A DNA stretch of 64,000 bases from Gnetum montanum (GCA_015680685.1 MNCI01001065.1:428602-492601), one strand, 5' to 3'; counted from the stretch's first letter, positions 49,101 through 62,614 are shown. Program-made: numbers and translations. Notes: generated by a model not told the origin, from the sequence alone.

Positions 49101-50739
49101 CGCATATTTTTCATGAATTTTGACTTATGAGAATTCTGTTGTTGAAATTTGCTTAGTAATAACGTAGAACTGTAGAACAAATAAAGTTTTGGACGCTCTG
49201 CCGTTTCTATTTCTGATTTTTCCTCAACCTTATCAAGGCATTGGAGCACCCTACTATGTTTGGATTTGCTTTAAAGAGTTTTGAACTTATTTTATTGAAA
49301 TTGCATCTCTCGTTTTTTGTTGTATTAGTTAAAAAATTAGCGAGTTTACCTGAATTGGAGGATAGCAAGCTATTTAAATACAAATTTTGTAATCAATCTA
49401 AGCCAATCACGTAAGTTCTTCAATCAAAGTTTTCGGGTTACTTTTCGATACGGTAACTCCGTTTTCTTTTTCTAAAATATAAAGACTTAACGGCATTTTA
49501 GTATGCAGCCTTCCTCCAAATTACGAAAATGGAAGAACAGGCTTGTCTTCCAATTGTGAAAATTGGAAACAGCATGTCGAAGGTAATAAAACGAACTGTG
49601 CAATCTTTTACCTTCACTGTAATTTTTATACAACATTGACAGTGTCCATTTGACATCCCTTTTTCAGTTTTGGGCACTTTTTCCTGTAATATTAGAGGAG
49701 GACGACATTGATAGCAATGTATTATCTTGGATATATGTATATATACAGTTATTAATAGAGATATATATGCTAATTTTCAGCTTAAAAAATCATAATGATA
49801 TCTAAAATAGAATGTTTCTATAATGTTGTTAAAGCTACTATGCTTTACCAATGCGGGCTAGTTTGAGTTTGATGCAGATTTATATGGAAAATGTTAAATA
49901 CATTCCTTAATTTTCTTAAAATTTGACTGCAGGAAAAACTTTAAAGCAATGAAACCAGAGATTCACCAGATTTAAGCATGAAAATATGGTAACCAATGCA
50001 ATGGGCAAAAAATAATTTAAGAAAGCTTGTAATAAGTTCAACTTAAAAATTTTCTAATTTATAAGTCCCTGAATTTTCAAAAACTTAGATGAAAGGAAAG
50101 GTTGCCATCAAATTCAAACAATGAACACTCAGTTTTTCTTCTTATTCCTATTTGATCCAGCTTTCATTTGTGATACATTCATGTCCTCTGCTTTCAAACT
50201 TATAAAAACAGGTAAGCTCCTCAATTTAAAGATGGAATAACAAGATTCTAGTTTGTTATAGCTGCTTCTTAAATTGAATTTTTTTTTTAAATCAAGGAAA
50301 AATAATAGCTGCTGATGTGCTAGTCTTTTTGTTTGTTGCACCAGCCAATGTAAGTGGACCAAAAGCTTAAAACCAAGCCTTCAAGAACCTGGTGGGTATA
50401 AAAATGATGCTCAAAAACAAGACTTACAAAAATAAGAGACATAAGTCCAATCAACAATCACCAAATCAAAATCATGTTATCATGGGAAAAATAAAAAAAG
50501 CCATAATAGAAGTAAAAGTAAATAAAAACAAGTGCTATGTTAAGTTAAATCCTATATGTCGAATAAAATCAAGCCCCATGTTAAGCTAAATCATATGTGT
50601 CATAACATCAAAGTACAAAATCTATTTTTGAATAACTTAAATTTCTAGGATTTGGGATGTTTTTTTAGTGGATTTGACTTATCTCTAGTAAATCTATTTT
50701 TTTTCTTTGATTTTTCTCCAACAAATGTGATCTATTTCC

Positions 50740-51550
50740 AATTTCTTCATATAATGCTAAAATTTTTGCTGATTCTAAGAATGTAGATTTACAATTTGTA
50801 AACAAAAATTTGAGATGCCTTCTTTTAGTGATGGTGATGCAACGAAGATACCTGATTTTGTTTTCCTTGATGATGTATACAAGTCACTATCAATTGATCT
50901 TACATTGTGATATGTATTCATTTAAATTTTGGGTTACTTGCCTCATAATTAAATGTTTGCTTCACAAATAAATAATGTGATGCAAAAACATGACATTCAA
51001 GCTATTTAGGCAAAGTATTATTCTCATTCCTTTCTATGTTGAGCTTCAATGGTGCATACTGTAATACATAAGCATGCAATGTTGATCATTTCTATGTGGA
51101 CTCCAAATTTTGATGTTTAATCTGAAAATTATTCTAAAGTTCTATGTTTTATTGAGCTATTCAATCTTTTATTGATTTTTCACAAAGCTGAGCAAAAAAT
51201 TATTATTCTTGGTCTCATTAAGCATATGGAATCCATTTCCACTCCATTTGGCTTTCACAAATGTTTTTTATATTGAAATCAATTTTCTTAACCATAAAAA
51301 AGAATTGGTTATGCAAGTGGAAAGACTTACATTCAATTAATTGCATATTATAATCTTCCTAATTCTTGCAATTTTTGTCATTGTGAAGGATGTTTATTTA
51401 ATGTTTGTCTTTTTTTACTCAAGAAAAAAGATGCAAAAAACATATTGAAATGGATAATAAAAAAGAAATAATTCAAAACTAGAAAAAAAATCAACTTAAA
51501 GTCAATAATAAGAATATCAAATGGCAATAAAAAAACCAAAGAAGATAGAA
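50740..51550 (+). repeat. Unclassified AT-rich dispersed repeat, copy 1
   Basis: Colinear similarity to 62615-63450 (AAAACATGACAT, AAGTATTATTCT, CTCCAAA.TTTGATGT, CATTAAGCATAT). Confidence 0.7.
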
Positions 51551-51899
51551 ACTTAAGTTAATACTTTTGCTTCAGGAAGCATTGATTACTCCAAATAACT
51601 AACATGCAAGGAAAATTTTTCTCTATATAAAAGGAATACTTGTCTATACAATGATTAAATTTTATGTTGATGAGAGAGTTGTAACAAATTTTAAAAAATA
51701 TTAACATAAGGTCAACCATGATGGATAATATGTACCTACATATACTTTTATACCTTCGTCTCCTACAAAAGTTGATGTTTTGCTAAAGCTTTTTGTTGCT
51801 ACATTAAATCATTTTGTTATTTTAAGTTTAAGCATAGATATGAAAAATAATGTTAAGACTGAGACCATCCTCCTTACTAATAATTCAAGTTTTGTTGCA

Positions 51900-54800
51900 C
51901 AATCTAAATTACTATCATAACAGGTAATGGATTTCAGTGGGGTATTTAAAGAAATTACAATTATTGATAAAAAATAGACAATGTCATTTTTGTGGATTCA
52001 TTACTTAAGATTAAAGCAAAACTGCAAGAGAAATTTGAAAGGGAGTTAGCTATTTATGAAGTAATGAAAGAGAAGGAAGAAAAGTGGAAAGAAAAGTAGG
52101 AAAAAAAATACTTAATTTGTAGCTAGCGAGTCTTCCTAAAATTGACAAGGAGGACTTGATGGTTGAGCTTTCTCAGTTTTTCTAGGAGCAAATGCATATT
52201 CTTAAACAACCTCTTCAAGATGCTTTTCAGGTAGGCTGGAAAGGGCAAAAAACCTTGGCATGTAATTATCCAATTTAAAGATCTTTTCTATAAAAACATG
52301 ATATGGTGTAATTATAGTATACTAAAAAAGTAGAAATTATGGACAAACAAAAATTTTACAAAAAGTGAACTTGCAAAAAAGTCTAAAGAATAGCAAAAGG
52401 TCAAGAAAACTCATGATGAATGTAAATTTGCTTACTTGAATGTAAGCAACATGGTGGTGATAAAGAAAAACTCCTTAAATATGCTTAAATTCAATGCATT
52501 ATGGACTTATAAACATTAATGATGGAATTGCAAATAAAGTTGCTTGAAGAGTATTGATTTTTTTATTATTTTTATATTTTTGGCTTAGTGGAAACTTGGG
52601 TAGATGAATGCTCAAAAGACTTTGTTGTCCTAGGCTTCATTCAATTCTTTGGAAAAAAACTCTAGAGAAGGTAGAAGAGGCAGACCCTCAAGAGGTATTG
52701 TCTGTTTGGTCAGAAAATCATTAAACCATTTTGTGTATCTAGAGAAGATAGATGAATATAAGTAATATGTTTGGTTAAAAGTTTTCCATCAACATGTATT
52801 TTGATAGATATTTGCTACTTTGCTCTTGAAGATGTCACTTTGTATGATACAATAGGGCTTTCTAGAGATTATCCATTCCAAAATCTAGAAATAAATATTG
52901 TGGAGTTTAGAACTCAAGGAGCTATTTTTATTTGTGAAGATTTTAATGCTAGAGTGAGATCCCTACAAATAGAAATTATTCAATGGCAAAATTCCAATGG
53001 TGGGATAGACATTGTTTCTAATCAAAATTGGGCTAGATGCTCTAAAGATAATAACATTAACAAAATGGGATAATATTTCTTAAAGCGGACCAAAACTTCA
53101 TATCTACTCATTTGTAATGGATTGACTAAATTTCTAGGATGTACAACTTTCACTTTTATAGGACCTCAAGGTAATTCTTACATTGATTTTCTTATATCCT
53201 TTTTTAAAAATATGAAGTACATTAAGGACTTTACAGTAGAAGATGAGATAGTAGATTCTTGTCATCATGCTTTAGAGTTTATATTGCAAGTTCAAGTTTT
53301 CCTTGATACTGTAAAAAATAAGAAGAAATTATACCAAAAAAGAATGACACCAAAGGTCAAAGATAAATTTTAAGGGTTTGGAGCATATTTTAGTTGAAGT
53401 AGCTAAACATGTTACTAATGATTATAAATGACATATTCAACAAAATTAGTTTGATGATGAATGCATTTCAAGTAGAAAGAACATTTAAACAACTAATGCA
53501 AATCAAAATAAAAATTTGATTAAAACAATATAAATGCTTAATCAAAAATAAGAAGAGGATTTTTGTTAAAAATCAACAAAAAAAATTTGTAGACATGATC
53601 AAACAATAGCTCAAACATTATGGAAGTCTTTTTAGCACAAAAATTCTCTAACAATTAATGTCTCTTTTTAAGATACTTGTGTTTTTTATGCTAAGGTTTT
53701 TTCAGGGGAGGATGATAGTTGGTGTCCCATTCTTACTCCAGCATCCACCCATTTTACTTTAGATGAGGTGAGAGATGGCATAAAAGATTAGCAACTAGTA
53801 AAGCTATGGATTCTAATAGTTTGTATGCTGAATTGCTTTAGTGGGCAAGGACTTCTTTCATAAAAAATTTGCTAAAGATTGAACACAGTGGTTGAGGCTA
53901 GCTTAAATTGGCATTGGAAAATTAGCAAGGCAATACTATTATATAAAAAGGTGATAAAAACAATCTACACAACTATTAGCTAATAGTTGTTACTAATATT
54001 TTTACTAAGATTTTGGGCCTTCTTCTTAAAAAGAGATTAAGCACTTGGGAAAAATTAATAATGTAAGGACTATTTTCCAAGCAGGTTTCAAGCAAAACCA
54101 TTCCAGTATTGATTATTTGATTACCCTTAGACACTACATTGAAGTGGGAGAAAAAACCCAACAAAAAGTTTTTATTTGTTTTGTTGATTTTGCAAAAGCA
54201 CATGATTCATTGATTCAAAAACAGTTATGGGAGCTGCTTAATCATTTAGGCATTCTTGGAGAATTGATAGCAATAGGTTGAAAGTTATATGAAAAATTCA
54301 TAATTGAATTCAAGGATAGCATGTCAGATGATACATTTCAATGTTAGAGCAATATTGGAGTGAAGCAAGACTACACATTATCTCCAACTCTCTTCAATCT
54401 ATTTATTCATGAAGTATAGGATTAGTTGTGTAAAGGAGATCAAAAAGCATGTTATCAAAAGAGGATCTCAACAAATAAATCTACTTTTGTATGTAGATGA
54501 TGTTCACTAATTTCTATTTCTAAACTAGGTATGCAAAACATGCTACAAGTTTTAGAAAGTTTTTATCTTTCCTTTAGTTTGAAAGTTAATGTGAAAAAAT
54601 AAAAATTATGATTTGGGGTATAAGAAATGTAAAATATACTTTTAGCTTTGGCTCAACTAAAATAGAAAATGTAAACTTCTTTTGTTACTTGGGCCTTCAT
54701 TGCTAAAACAACTACAGATAGGATAATTGTGTTAAGGAAAAGATAGTAGAAGAAATTAAAGTTCTATAATTAAAAACAAGTGCAAGGCATTAGGAATATT

Positions 54801-55600
54801 GACCTGGAAAGTTAAGAAAAAAATCTTCCAATTTGTCATTTATCATACTATGTTGTATAAGTGTAATGTGGGGCTAGGTCTTAGTGCAAAAAACTAGTAG
54901 ATATTGAAAAGGTGCAAAAGTTGTTTCTATTGGAGGAATTGCAAGTAAGAGATCAGACACCATATTCCATGTTGCTTTTGGAATGTGAGTTACTTCCCCA
55001 AGAAGCTAAAGCTTTCTATCAATTTCTTTCTTATACTCAAAATCTCTCAAACTTAGAGCAACCCAAGTTCTCTAATGAAATTCTTGAAAGTACAAAAAAC
55101 CAAGGTTGGTATTTTCAAAGTACACATTAGCTCACAACTTGAAATATCTCAATGGAGTAGACAAAGAAATCTTAAGCACATTTGGAAGTTAATTAAACAA
55201 TAGGTATTACTAAGGCATTGTTCAAATCTAGAGGGAAAGAAAAAGTTCTACTTGGAGTACATTAAAGATAATTTGTTAGATTCTTTGGTTTAATATCTTA
55301 CAATTAATATCCCAGTTAAAGGTCATAGTTTTACTAGCAAACTTTGTTGAAGTTTGCATCATCTAAGCATAGAAACTGAAGATGGACTCACCAATCTAGG
55401 GAGTAGCACACTTGTAGGTTATGTTAGGCTAGAGTACTCAAGGATGAGCAGCATGTTTTTCCTAAACATTTGAGGCAAACATACGATATTATTGCCAATA
55501 ATTTGTAGGATTTTTTTTAGTGCATGTGATGGTTAGCCGCTTTGTTAAGTCAATTTTCGATTTCTATAACATAAATGTAGTAGTTGTTCAATAGATCCTA
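51900..55600 (+). mobile_element. Decayed non-L1 LINE, RTE-X-like (short ORF1, APE, RT, C-terminal Cys/His motif)
   Basis: GLVETW (52582), FICEDFNARV, LLICNG, FTF..PQGNSYIDF, QAGFKQNHSSIDYLITLR, FICFVDFAKAHDS, GVKQ..TLSPTLFNLFI, LLYVDD (~54490), FCYLG, SLHHLSIET...CRLC...DEQHVF (55351-55460). Confidence 0.8.
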
Positions 55601-57417
55601 CATATGTAATAAAATCTTAGTTTTAGTTTCACAATCACTTTATCTTTTTTAATTTTTTAAAGAATTTATGGTAAGGATGTACACTTGAGTAAATATCCCT
55701 AAAATTGGAAAGTTATTCCTTTCCTTCTTGTTTTTTGATACTTCCTACTTAGTGATTAGTATGTGATGTATTATGAATTTCTTTTGCTTATTAATAAATT
55801 TTTTGGGGTCCAACACTACCCCCACCCACTGCAAAATATTTTTATGATGCCATGAGAACCATGTCAAAAATAAACTCCCTCACCATTGTTGATGTGCTTT
55901 CAAATTCTTACCAATGTGATTGTACCCTAAAAGATCAGAGCTTCATGTCCAAAATGTATAGCTACACATGGCCACTATAAAGTTTAAGCTTAATCATGAT
56001 AATGAAAATCTAGAGATAAAGAAAAGAACATGATAATGGTAAAGAAAGAACACAACAATGTAGTAAAGTTGAAGATTTGTATTAGGAAAATCCCATTATA
56101 GCTTATTTATTTAACTTACAAATTTAAAAGTTAAAGATTATGAATTCTTACTTAGGAATCTATTATTAAAGTTGAAATTGTGATTATTCAAGAAAATTAG
56201 AAAAAGAATTATCATAACTTACCAATGGATCTAGTTAATAGACTAGAAGTACAATATCTTTCATTACATATTTGTATATGGCATTATAATCCCTATTAAA
56301 GATACATCAAGTTATACTAAAATATAAAAAATTTCCATCTTTATAGCACTTTTTAAAAGTGATGAGTGGCTAGGTACCCCTACACTCAACCATACGAATA
56401 CGAGCGTTCACGCAAAATCTGGTCGAACTCCATAGATAGGCTAGTTGTGGTATCTAGCTAATTACACATTGATCGCAGTTCACTGTCTTCCAACCTATAC
56501 TAGTATTTGCTTTGTCATGTATGGTTTAGTCCAAAGTGAGGTGTATGATGTGGTCCTAAGCTAGTGCTACTCTTAGAGGTAACGGAAAATAACTTTGATT
56601 AACCTAAGAGGAAATGGGAGAAGAGAATCTAAGCTAGCCTAAGTGCGATGAGCATCTATCCTTAATCATCCGTACACATCTTGGACCTCGTGTACTACTA
56701 TTGGGATTACCAAGCACATGTCCTAGGTATGCTACTGGGATACCAAGTAGTCACACTTAAATGCTCGTGATTAAGTTGTACTCATCCCGAGTTTAATAAC
56801 AGGGATAGGAAATAAAGGTAGAGAAATATTACTTAAGAAAGCAATAAATAACAATAATAGTAAGCAATTAAAACTAAGTGAATGTTGCATTGATGAAGTA
56901 ATCTCGATTTTTATTGTTGGTCATGTGCATGTCCAAGTACGTCACACTCGAATAAAGGTTCCATACAATTACAATCATCACACTACGGGCATGCACTAGG
57001 GAAAGGGTTGCGATGAACTAAAAATGACAAAAAGACTCTACTCTAACTCTAACTTTTCCTATGACTCTCTCGTGTGCCCGATTGTGTATTTATAGGCTCA
57101 CACAGGAACCACAATATTGTGTATCCGATATCACTAGTGAGGTGATGATATCGAGAGTTTGATATCGAAGCCTAACAAATCATGGTTCATCATACCCCCA
57201 TGACTGGATGAAAACTCGTCCTTGAGTCTAACAAAATGAGAACAAGCCCCATTGATTACACAATGGATAGGCATGGGATTATTAACTAACTAGGAATTTA
57301 TTCATGCTATAGTGGAGGATTGCATACAACAAAATTGGGACATGGATGCAAAATTACAAAAGTAAAAAACTTTGTTGGAACTCATGTGGTTCCAGGTGGT
57401 CATGGTTCCTCCATGGG

Positions 57418-57819
57418 TCACTTCCCCTTATCTTGTGCTCCAATTTTTAGAATCTGATGGCTTTGAAGGAGTGCCTGAAGCTTTTCCTCTTTAGTTTGAG
57501 AGTCCTGTGTCATCCATGCTAATGCTCTAATGTTTGATGGAGTTAGCACCTCCCATGGACACAAAAGTTTTAGGAACAATTGATTTGCTTTGACATACCA
57601 AGCTGCAAACAGTCGTCGTTCCTCTTCATAGGCTCGGACCCCGATCTCTCCACATTTTTCTTGGCCAAATTATGCAATGATAGGAGTTCCCTAATGGATG
57701 CTGAATGATTGTGCCTCCTACTCTACATGTTCTACATGAGGTCCTTGGCTTCTGCCTCCCCTTGGACGTTCAGTTGCACCTTGAGAAGGTCCTCCTTGTT
57801 GTCCTCTTTTAGGGGCCAT
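57418..57819 (-). pseudogene. Miniature (133-codon) version of the element A 3' ORF
   Basis: TTGTAG|ATG then MAPKRGQQGGPS...VE*EAQSFSIH*...RAYEEERRLFAAWYVKANQLFLKLLCPWEV...EEKLQALL...DKGK*. One frame, with three internal TAG/TAA stops. Confidence 0.8.
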
Positions 57820-59202
57820 CTACAATCACACAAAGATCAATTATTAGTAAGGTTATTGAAAGAAGTTCAATTATTTCATACCTTACTCATTGCCTTTAAT
57901 AAATGTTGAATTCTTTGCTTAGTGTGATTTTATAGTTACAATTTTTTTTTCAAGGAAGTTGCCCTAAAATTTTAATGTCGAACTTGATTTGTTTAGGTGA
58001 CACATAAAAGGACATGTAATGGTTTTGAGGAACGTTTCATAAAATGATGACAAAGGAAAGAATAGATTTGGCAATGAAGTACTTGGAGGGTATAAAATGA
58101 TGTGGTGGTGTGCAACAAGTACAAATTACAAAAGTCATGCAAGTGGGTCCTCTCCAAAGCAGGTTCCAACCTATAATGCTCTTACGTAATCATACCTTAA
58201 AATGTTTGTAGGAACTAGAAGGGTTAAATGTAAAACATACACATGTAGATACCACCATGATGAGGTATGAATTTAATGCTACACAAAACACGAATCACAA
58301 ATACATGAACAATGAGATGAGGTGAATTGTAGAAGGGGTTGTAGAGATTGGGACATGAGGTAATTGACCCAGGGCACAATGAATCCTAAGTGTAGGGCAT
58401 GATTAATGTGTCATTAGCCCGTTGCTCCAAACTCAAGACCAAGTCCATTTCGTCAATCAGTGACTTCGCATTATTTCATCCAATGATGGGCAACCATAAG
58501 AGCATCATGACAGCAAGGCGTATGATCACTTGGCATTTTTCTCAAGGGAGGAGTGATTGGAAATTTGCGGCACACTTGTCTTGATCTTTTTGTTGCTTTT
58601 TGCTTGGCCGCTTTGGCACACTTCTTTCTTTCTTTCGTTTGTATGCATAATCCAGAGAAGTCACCTACCTTTAGGCATGGGTACTTGTCTTTCTAGTGGG
58701 ACCCCTTAGAATAGCATTGGGTTTCTTTATTGAGTGCCTTTATTACTCTTACTCACATTTTTCGTTAGATCTACAAGGATCTTAGTACAACCAAGCTGCA
58801 TGGTAACTCCTACAGATGTCACCAAAGAGAATCCATAAATTCCCTTGATGTCACACCCTGGCCATTCCCTCTTAGTCCATCATTTTTCGCTCTGGGCATA
58901 ATGAGCACAAAATTACTTTTAAGTTTTCATGATGATAAGAATATCATCGTACCCAAAGTAGAACCTCTTATTAATAAAATGGGTAGGTGGATGTGATGGG
59001 CTCACTATCCAAATAATTAGTGACCTGAGATTTGATAGCATAGAACAACACCTCAACCAACGAGTTACATGAGTGTTTTATTCATAGATGAGATTACCCA
59101 TAAAAAGATTAAAAAAAAATAAAACAACAAATTGAAAGATGAAAAACTAGAAAAAAAATTGTAAAATTAAAGAAAAGTAAAAATATTTATTAATTCTGCG
59201 TG

Positions 59203-61239
59203 TTAGAATGGAGGATATCCCCAATAACTAAACTTTTGATCATAGCGAGAATTAATAAATGGAAGGGTTGGGTTCATGCATTTCAGAAATATTGGGACTT
59301 GGTCATATCCAAACCAGTGGGTGTTTTTTGATGTGGTGGTTGGAATGTACCCAAATTGTGATGCACACAGTATATTAAAGTTGACATAGTGGGGCAAGCT
59401 AGAAGATGTGGTTAATTGATACGGAGTTGACCCACTATGGCACCCTTGACTATAAGATGGTATGCAAGGATCGATATGTCTCCCTACGTGGCTATATTCA
59501 TTGGGCCGCATGGTTGTTAGAGTATTGATTGGTGGCCCTAATAAGGTAACATGAGGCATTGGGTTCGAGGAGAAAGATGCACCATAGTGTTGAACTTGTA
59601 CTGAGTAGGAGGATGCAGTGGTCTTAGAAATGTGTGGTCCCTTCCTATGGTCATGTCTAAAGAAAGGACGCTTCCAGTGTTGTGGAGGACCTCCACTACT
59701 ATTGACAGTAACATCACAAGTGACGTTTGTGGGTTGGTGCTGTGGTGCAAAACCTTCTAGAACAACTGGTGGCAATGTAGAAGGAGGTGAAGGATGAGAA
59801 TATTGAGGTTGAGGAGAAGCGTAAGGTACACAAGGTGGTGGTCCTATTGGAGAGGATATGGGTTGATAGTATTTAGGAGAATGATAATGATGTGGTGAGA
59901 TAGAGGATGTTGACCATGTTGGGGAAATAGGATGTTGAACCTGATAAGCACTTGAGTTTGGATGATATGAAAGGTGTGACCAATTTGAAGGTGGCCTCCC
60001 CCACGACTAGGATCTTTGCCACTGTGATTGAACATAGTATTTTTGTATGAACTCTGGATGTAACATTCTTCCCCAATGCTCATGTAAATGTGACAAGATT
60101 GGACATTAACCTTTGGGATGATCATATAGGAAAATGTTACACTGATACATATGATTAGCAGTTGAGTTCTTATTCTCTTCAACCCTTCTTTCCAATTGTC
60201 TAAGAGTGTTCTGTCTTGCTTCTTAGTTCATCATGATTTTACCTCTAATAGTGTTGGCATATTCTCCACATTTTTCATGTATCCATTCCATCATCTTATT
60301 GATCTTTGCCTCAATTTCATCTAGTGATTGTTGTACTAGCAAAGATGGTTCCACCTCCTTGAGATGAGTTGATTTCTCCTCTTCATGATTATGGACCTCT
60401 GTTAAATTGAGATTTTGGTCGTGTTGAGATTTTTCAACATTCTTCCATTTAGCCATTTCCCCTTCTTCCTTTGCTACCCACTTAATAAGCTCTTGGAATT
60501 GATGGGTTCATAGCTCATAGAGTTGACCTTGGGCATACATCCCTAGGGTCTCCCTTATTTCATTATGAAGCCCATCTATGATGTGGTACATTAGCCTTTT
60601 CTCAGAGAACCCATGGCCTGGGTATTTGTTTAACAAAGAGTAATATCTTTCTAAGGCCATGTTCAAGGGTTCATGTTGTGCTTGTTTCCACTATTGGATT
60701 TGTGTCCTCAAGGCTAACACTCTTACATAGGTTTGATATCTTTCATTGAAGAGTTCTATCGTTGTCAGCCAACATCGAATTGATTTTGGTCTTAAGGACC
60801 TGTACCATACTTTTTCTTAGCCAAAAAGTGTTGTAGGAAAGAGCTTAAGTTTTTGCCACCCATTATCAATATTGCTCCATACACAGGCATCATGGAAGGC
60901 TTGTAAATGATGTTGTGGATCCAAGTCATAGCCTCCTAAAAATTTGGGAAAGTTGTTTAAATCAAGCCTAAGTAGACGGCTTTCCTTACAATGCCTGTGG
61001 GATATTCAAATAGCCTCTTGTATATGCATTAGGCTCTTAGTGGCCAGAAAGGTTTCATTGTCACTAGGTAGGTTATGAATTTGTGAGTTAGGATGATGTT
61101 GTCTTTGTTTATGTACATAAGAGACCCCTACATAGGATTGAGTACTCCAAACTTCGTCTTCATCATCATATAATTCGTTAGTTCTCTAATGAATTGCCTT
61201 ATTGGTTGTTGCATTATCATAGTCTTGTGAGAGAGACAT
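59203..61239 (-). pseudogene. Element B gag with Pro/Ser/His-rich C-terminal extension
   Basis: ATG at 61239, retrotransposon gag core ~60500-60960, ORFs 60223..60456 and 59203..59775. Confidence 0.75.
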
Positions 61240-62364
61240 TGTTATAAATTTGTGTGTGACTTAATTGAAATTAAGTTCTTTTCTAAGAGATATATCATGA
61301 ATACTTTGTTATAACAATCTTGTATGACATAACTAATCTAAATAATTAGCACCATCCCCAGCAACAACACTAATGATGAGTGGCTAGGTACCCCTACACT
61401 CAACCATACAAATACGAATGTTCATGCACGCTCCAGTCAAACTTCATAGATGAGCTAGTTGTGGTATCTAGATAATTACACATTGATCGCAGTTTATTGT
61501 TTTCCCACCTAGACTAGTATTTGCTTTGTCATGTATTGTTTAGTCTAGAGTGAGGTGTATGATGTGGTCCTAAGCTAGTGCTACTCCTAGAGGCAATGGA
61601 AAATAACTTTGATTAACCTAAAATGGAATGGGAAAAGAGAATCTAAGCTAGCCTAAGTGTGATGAGCATCCATACTTAATCATTCATACACATCTTGGAC
61701 CTTGTGTACTACTACTGGGATTACCAAGCGCATGTCCTAGGTATGCTACTAGGATACCAAGTAGTCACACTTAAATGCTCGTGATTAAGTCATACTCATT
61801 TCGAGTTTAATAACAAGGGTAGGAAATGAAGGTAGAGAAATATTAATTAAGAAAACAATAAATAACAATAACAGTAAGCAATTAAAACTAAGTGAATGTT
61901 ACAATGATGAAGTAATCTCGATCTTTATTGCCGGTCATGTGCGTGTCCAAGTACGTCACACTCGAATAAAGGATGCCGTACAATTACAATCATCACACTG
62001 CAGGCATACACTAGGAGAGAGGGTTGAGATGAACTAAAAAATGACAAAAAGACTCTACTCTAACTCTAACTTTTCCTATGACTCTCTCATGCACCCGATT
62101 GTGTATTTATAGGCTCACACAGGAACCATGATATCGTGTATTTGATATCACTAGTGAGGCCGCGATATTGCGTACCCAATATCGAGGGTCCGATATCAAA
62201 GCCTGACAGATCATGGTTCATCAAAAAGTTTCATTATTTTTATATTGCTTCCTAGATCCTATATCATACATCTTAAATAACTCATGTCTCTACATAACTC
62301 ACTAGGATAGAGCATGTGACTTGTAAGATGAAAGCCACATATAATTAACAATTCATACTTAGCT

Positions 62365-62445
62365 AGTGATAGATGGCTCAAGTGGTTAGCTCGTTGTCTT
62401 ATTAGATAAGAAGTTGCCAATTTGAGTCATATTTCAAACATCTTT
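62365..62445 (+). repeat. Degenerate tRNA-like sequence (tRNA pseudogene or SINE head)
   Basis: A box TGGCTCAAGTGG at 62374-62385, stem-loop TTGTCT-TATT-AGATAA, and an eroded B box AATTTGAGTCA at 62419-62429 with tRNA-like spacing. Confidence 0.4.
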
Positions 62446-62614
62446 ATATTCCTCTATAATTCTTCTAAAGTATCACATGGTTAGATAACTAAGATAATGG
62501 TTAAATTAAAAAATAAATTCTCTTTAATTTTCTCTAGAATTCTTATATGAGGGATTCTATATTACTCCCAAATTTTTCAACTAATATTGAAATTTATTCT
62601 TCTTTTATTAATGC

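Larger units (their letters stand above)
56360..62223 (-). mobile_element. Non-autonomous Athila-like element B (LTR, gag, non-coding spacer, mini 3' ORF, LTR; no pol)
   Basis: LTRs 56360-57192 and 61374-62223. Perfect TSD AAAAG. PBS TTAGTGTTGTTGCTGGGGA. PPT ATGGGGGTA. gag FLGGYDLDPQHHLQAFHDAC...WQKLKLFP is homologous to element A gag. No protease, RT or integrase motifs. Confidence 0.92.

Noticed and set aside
899-62223. Most elements lie on the - strand
   Set aside because: Too few independent insertions, and there are + strand exceptions. Compatible with chance.
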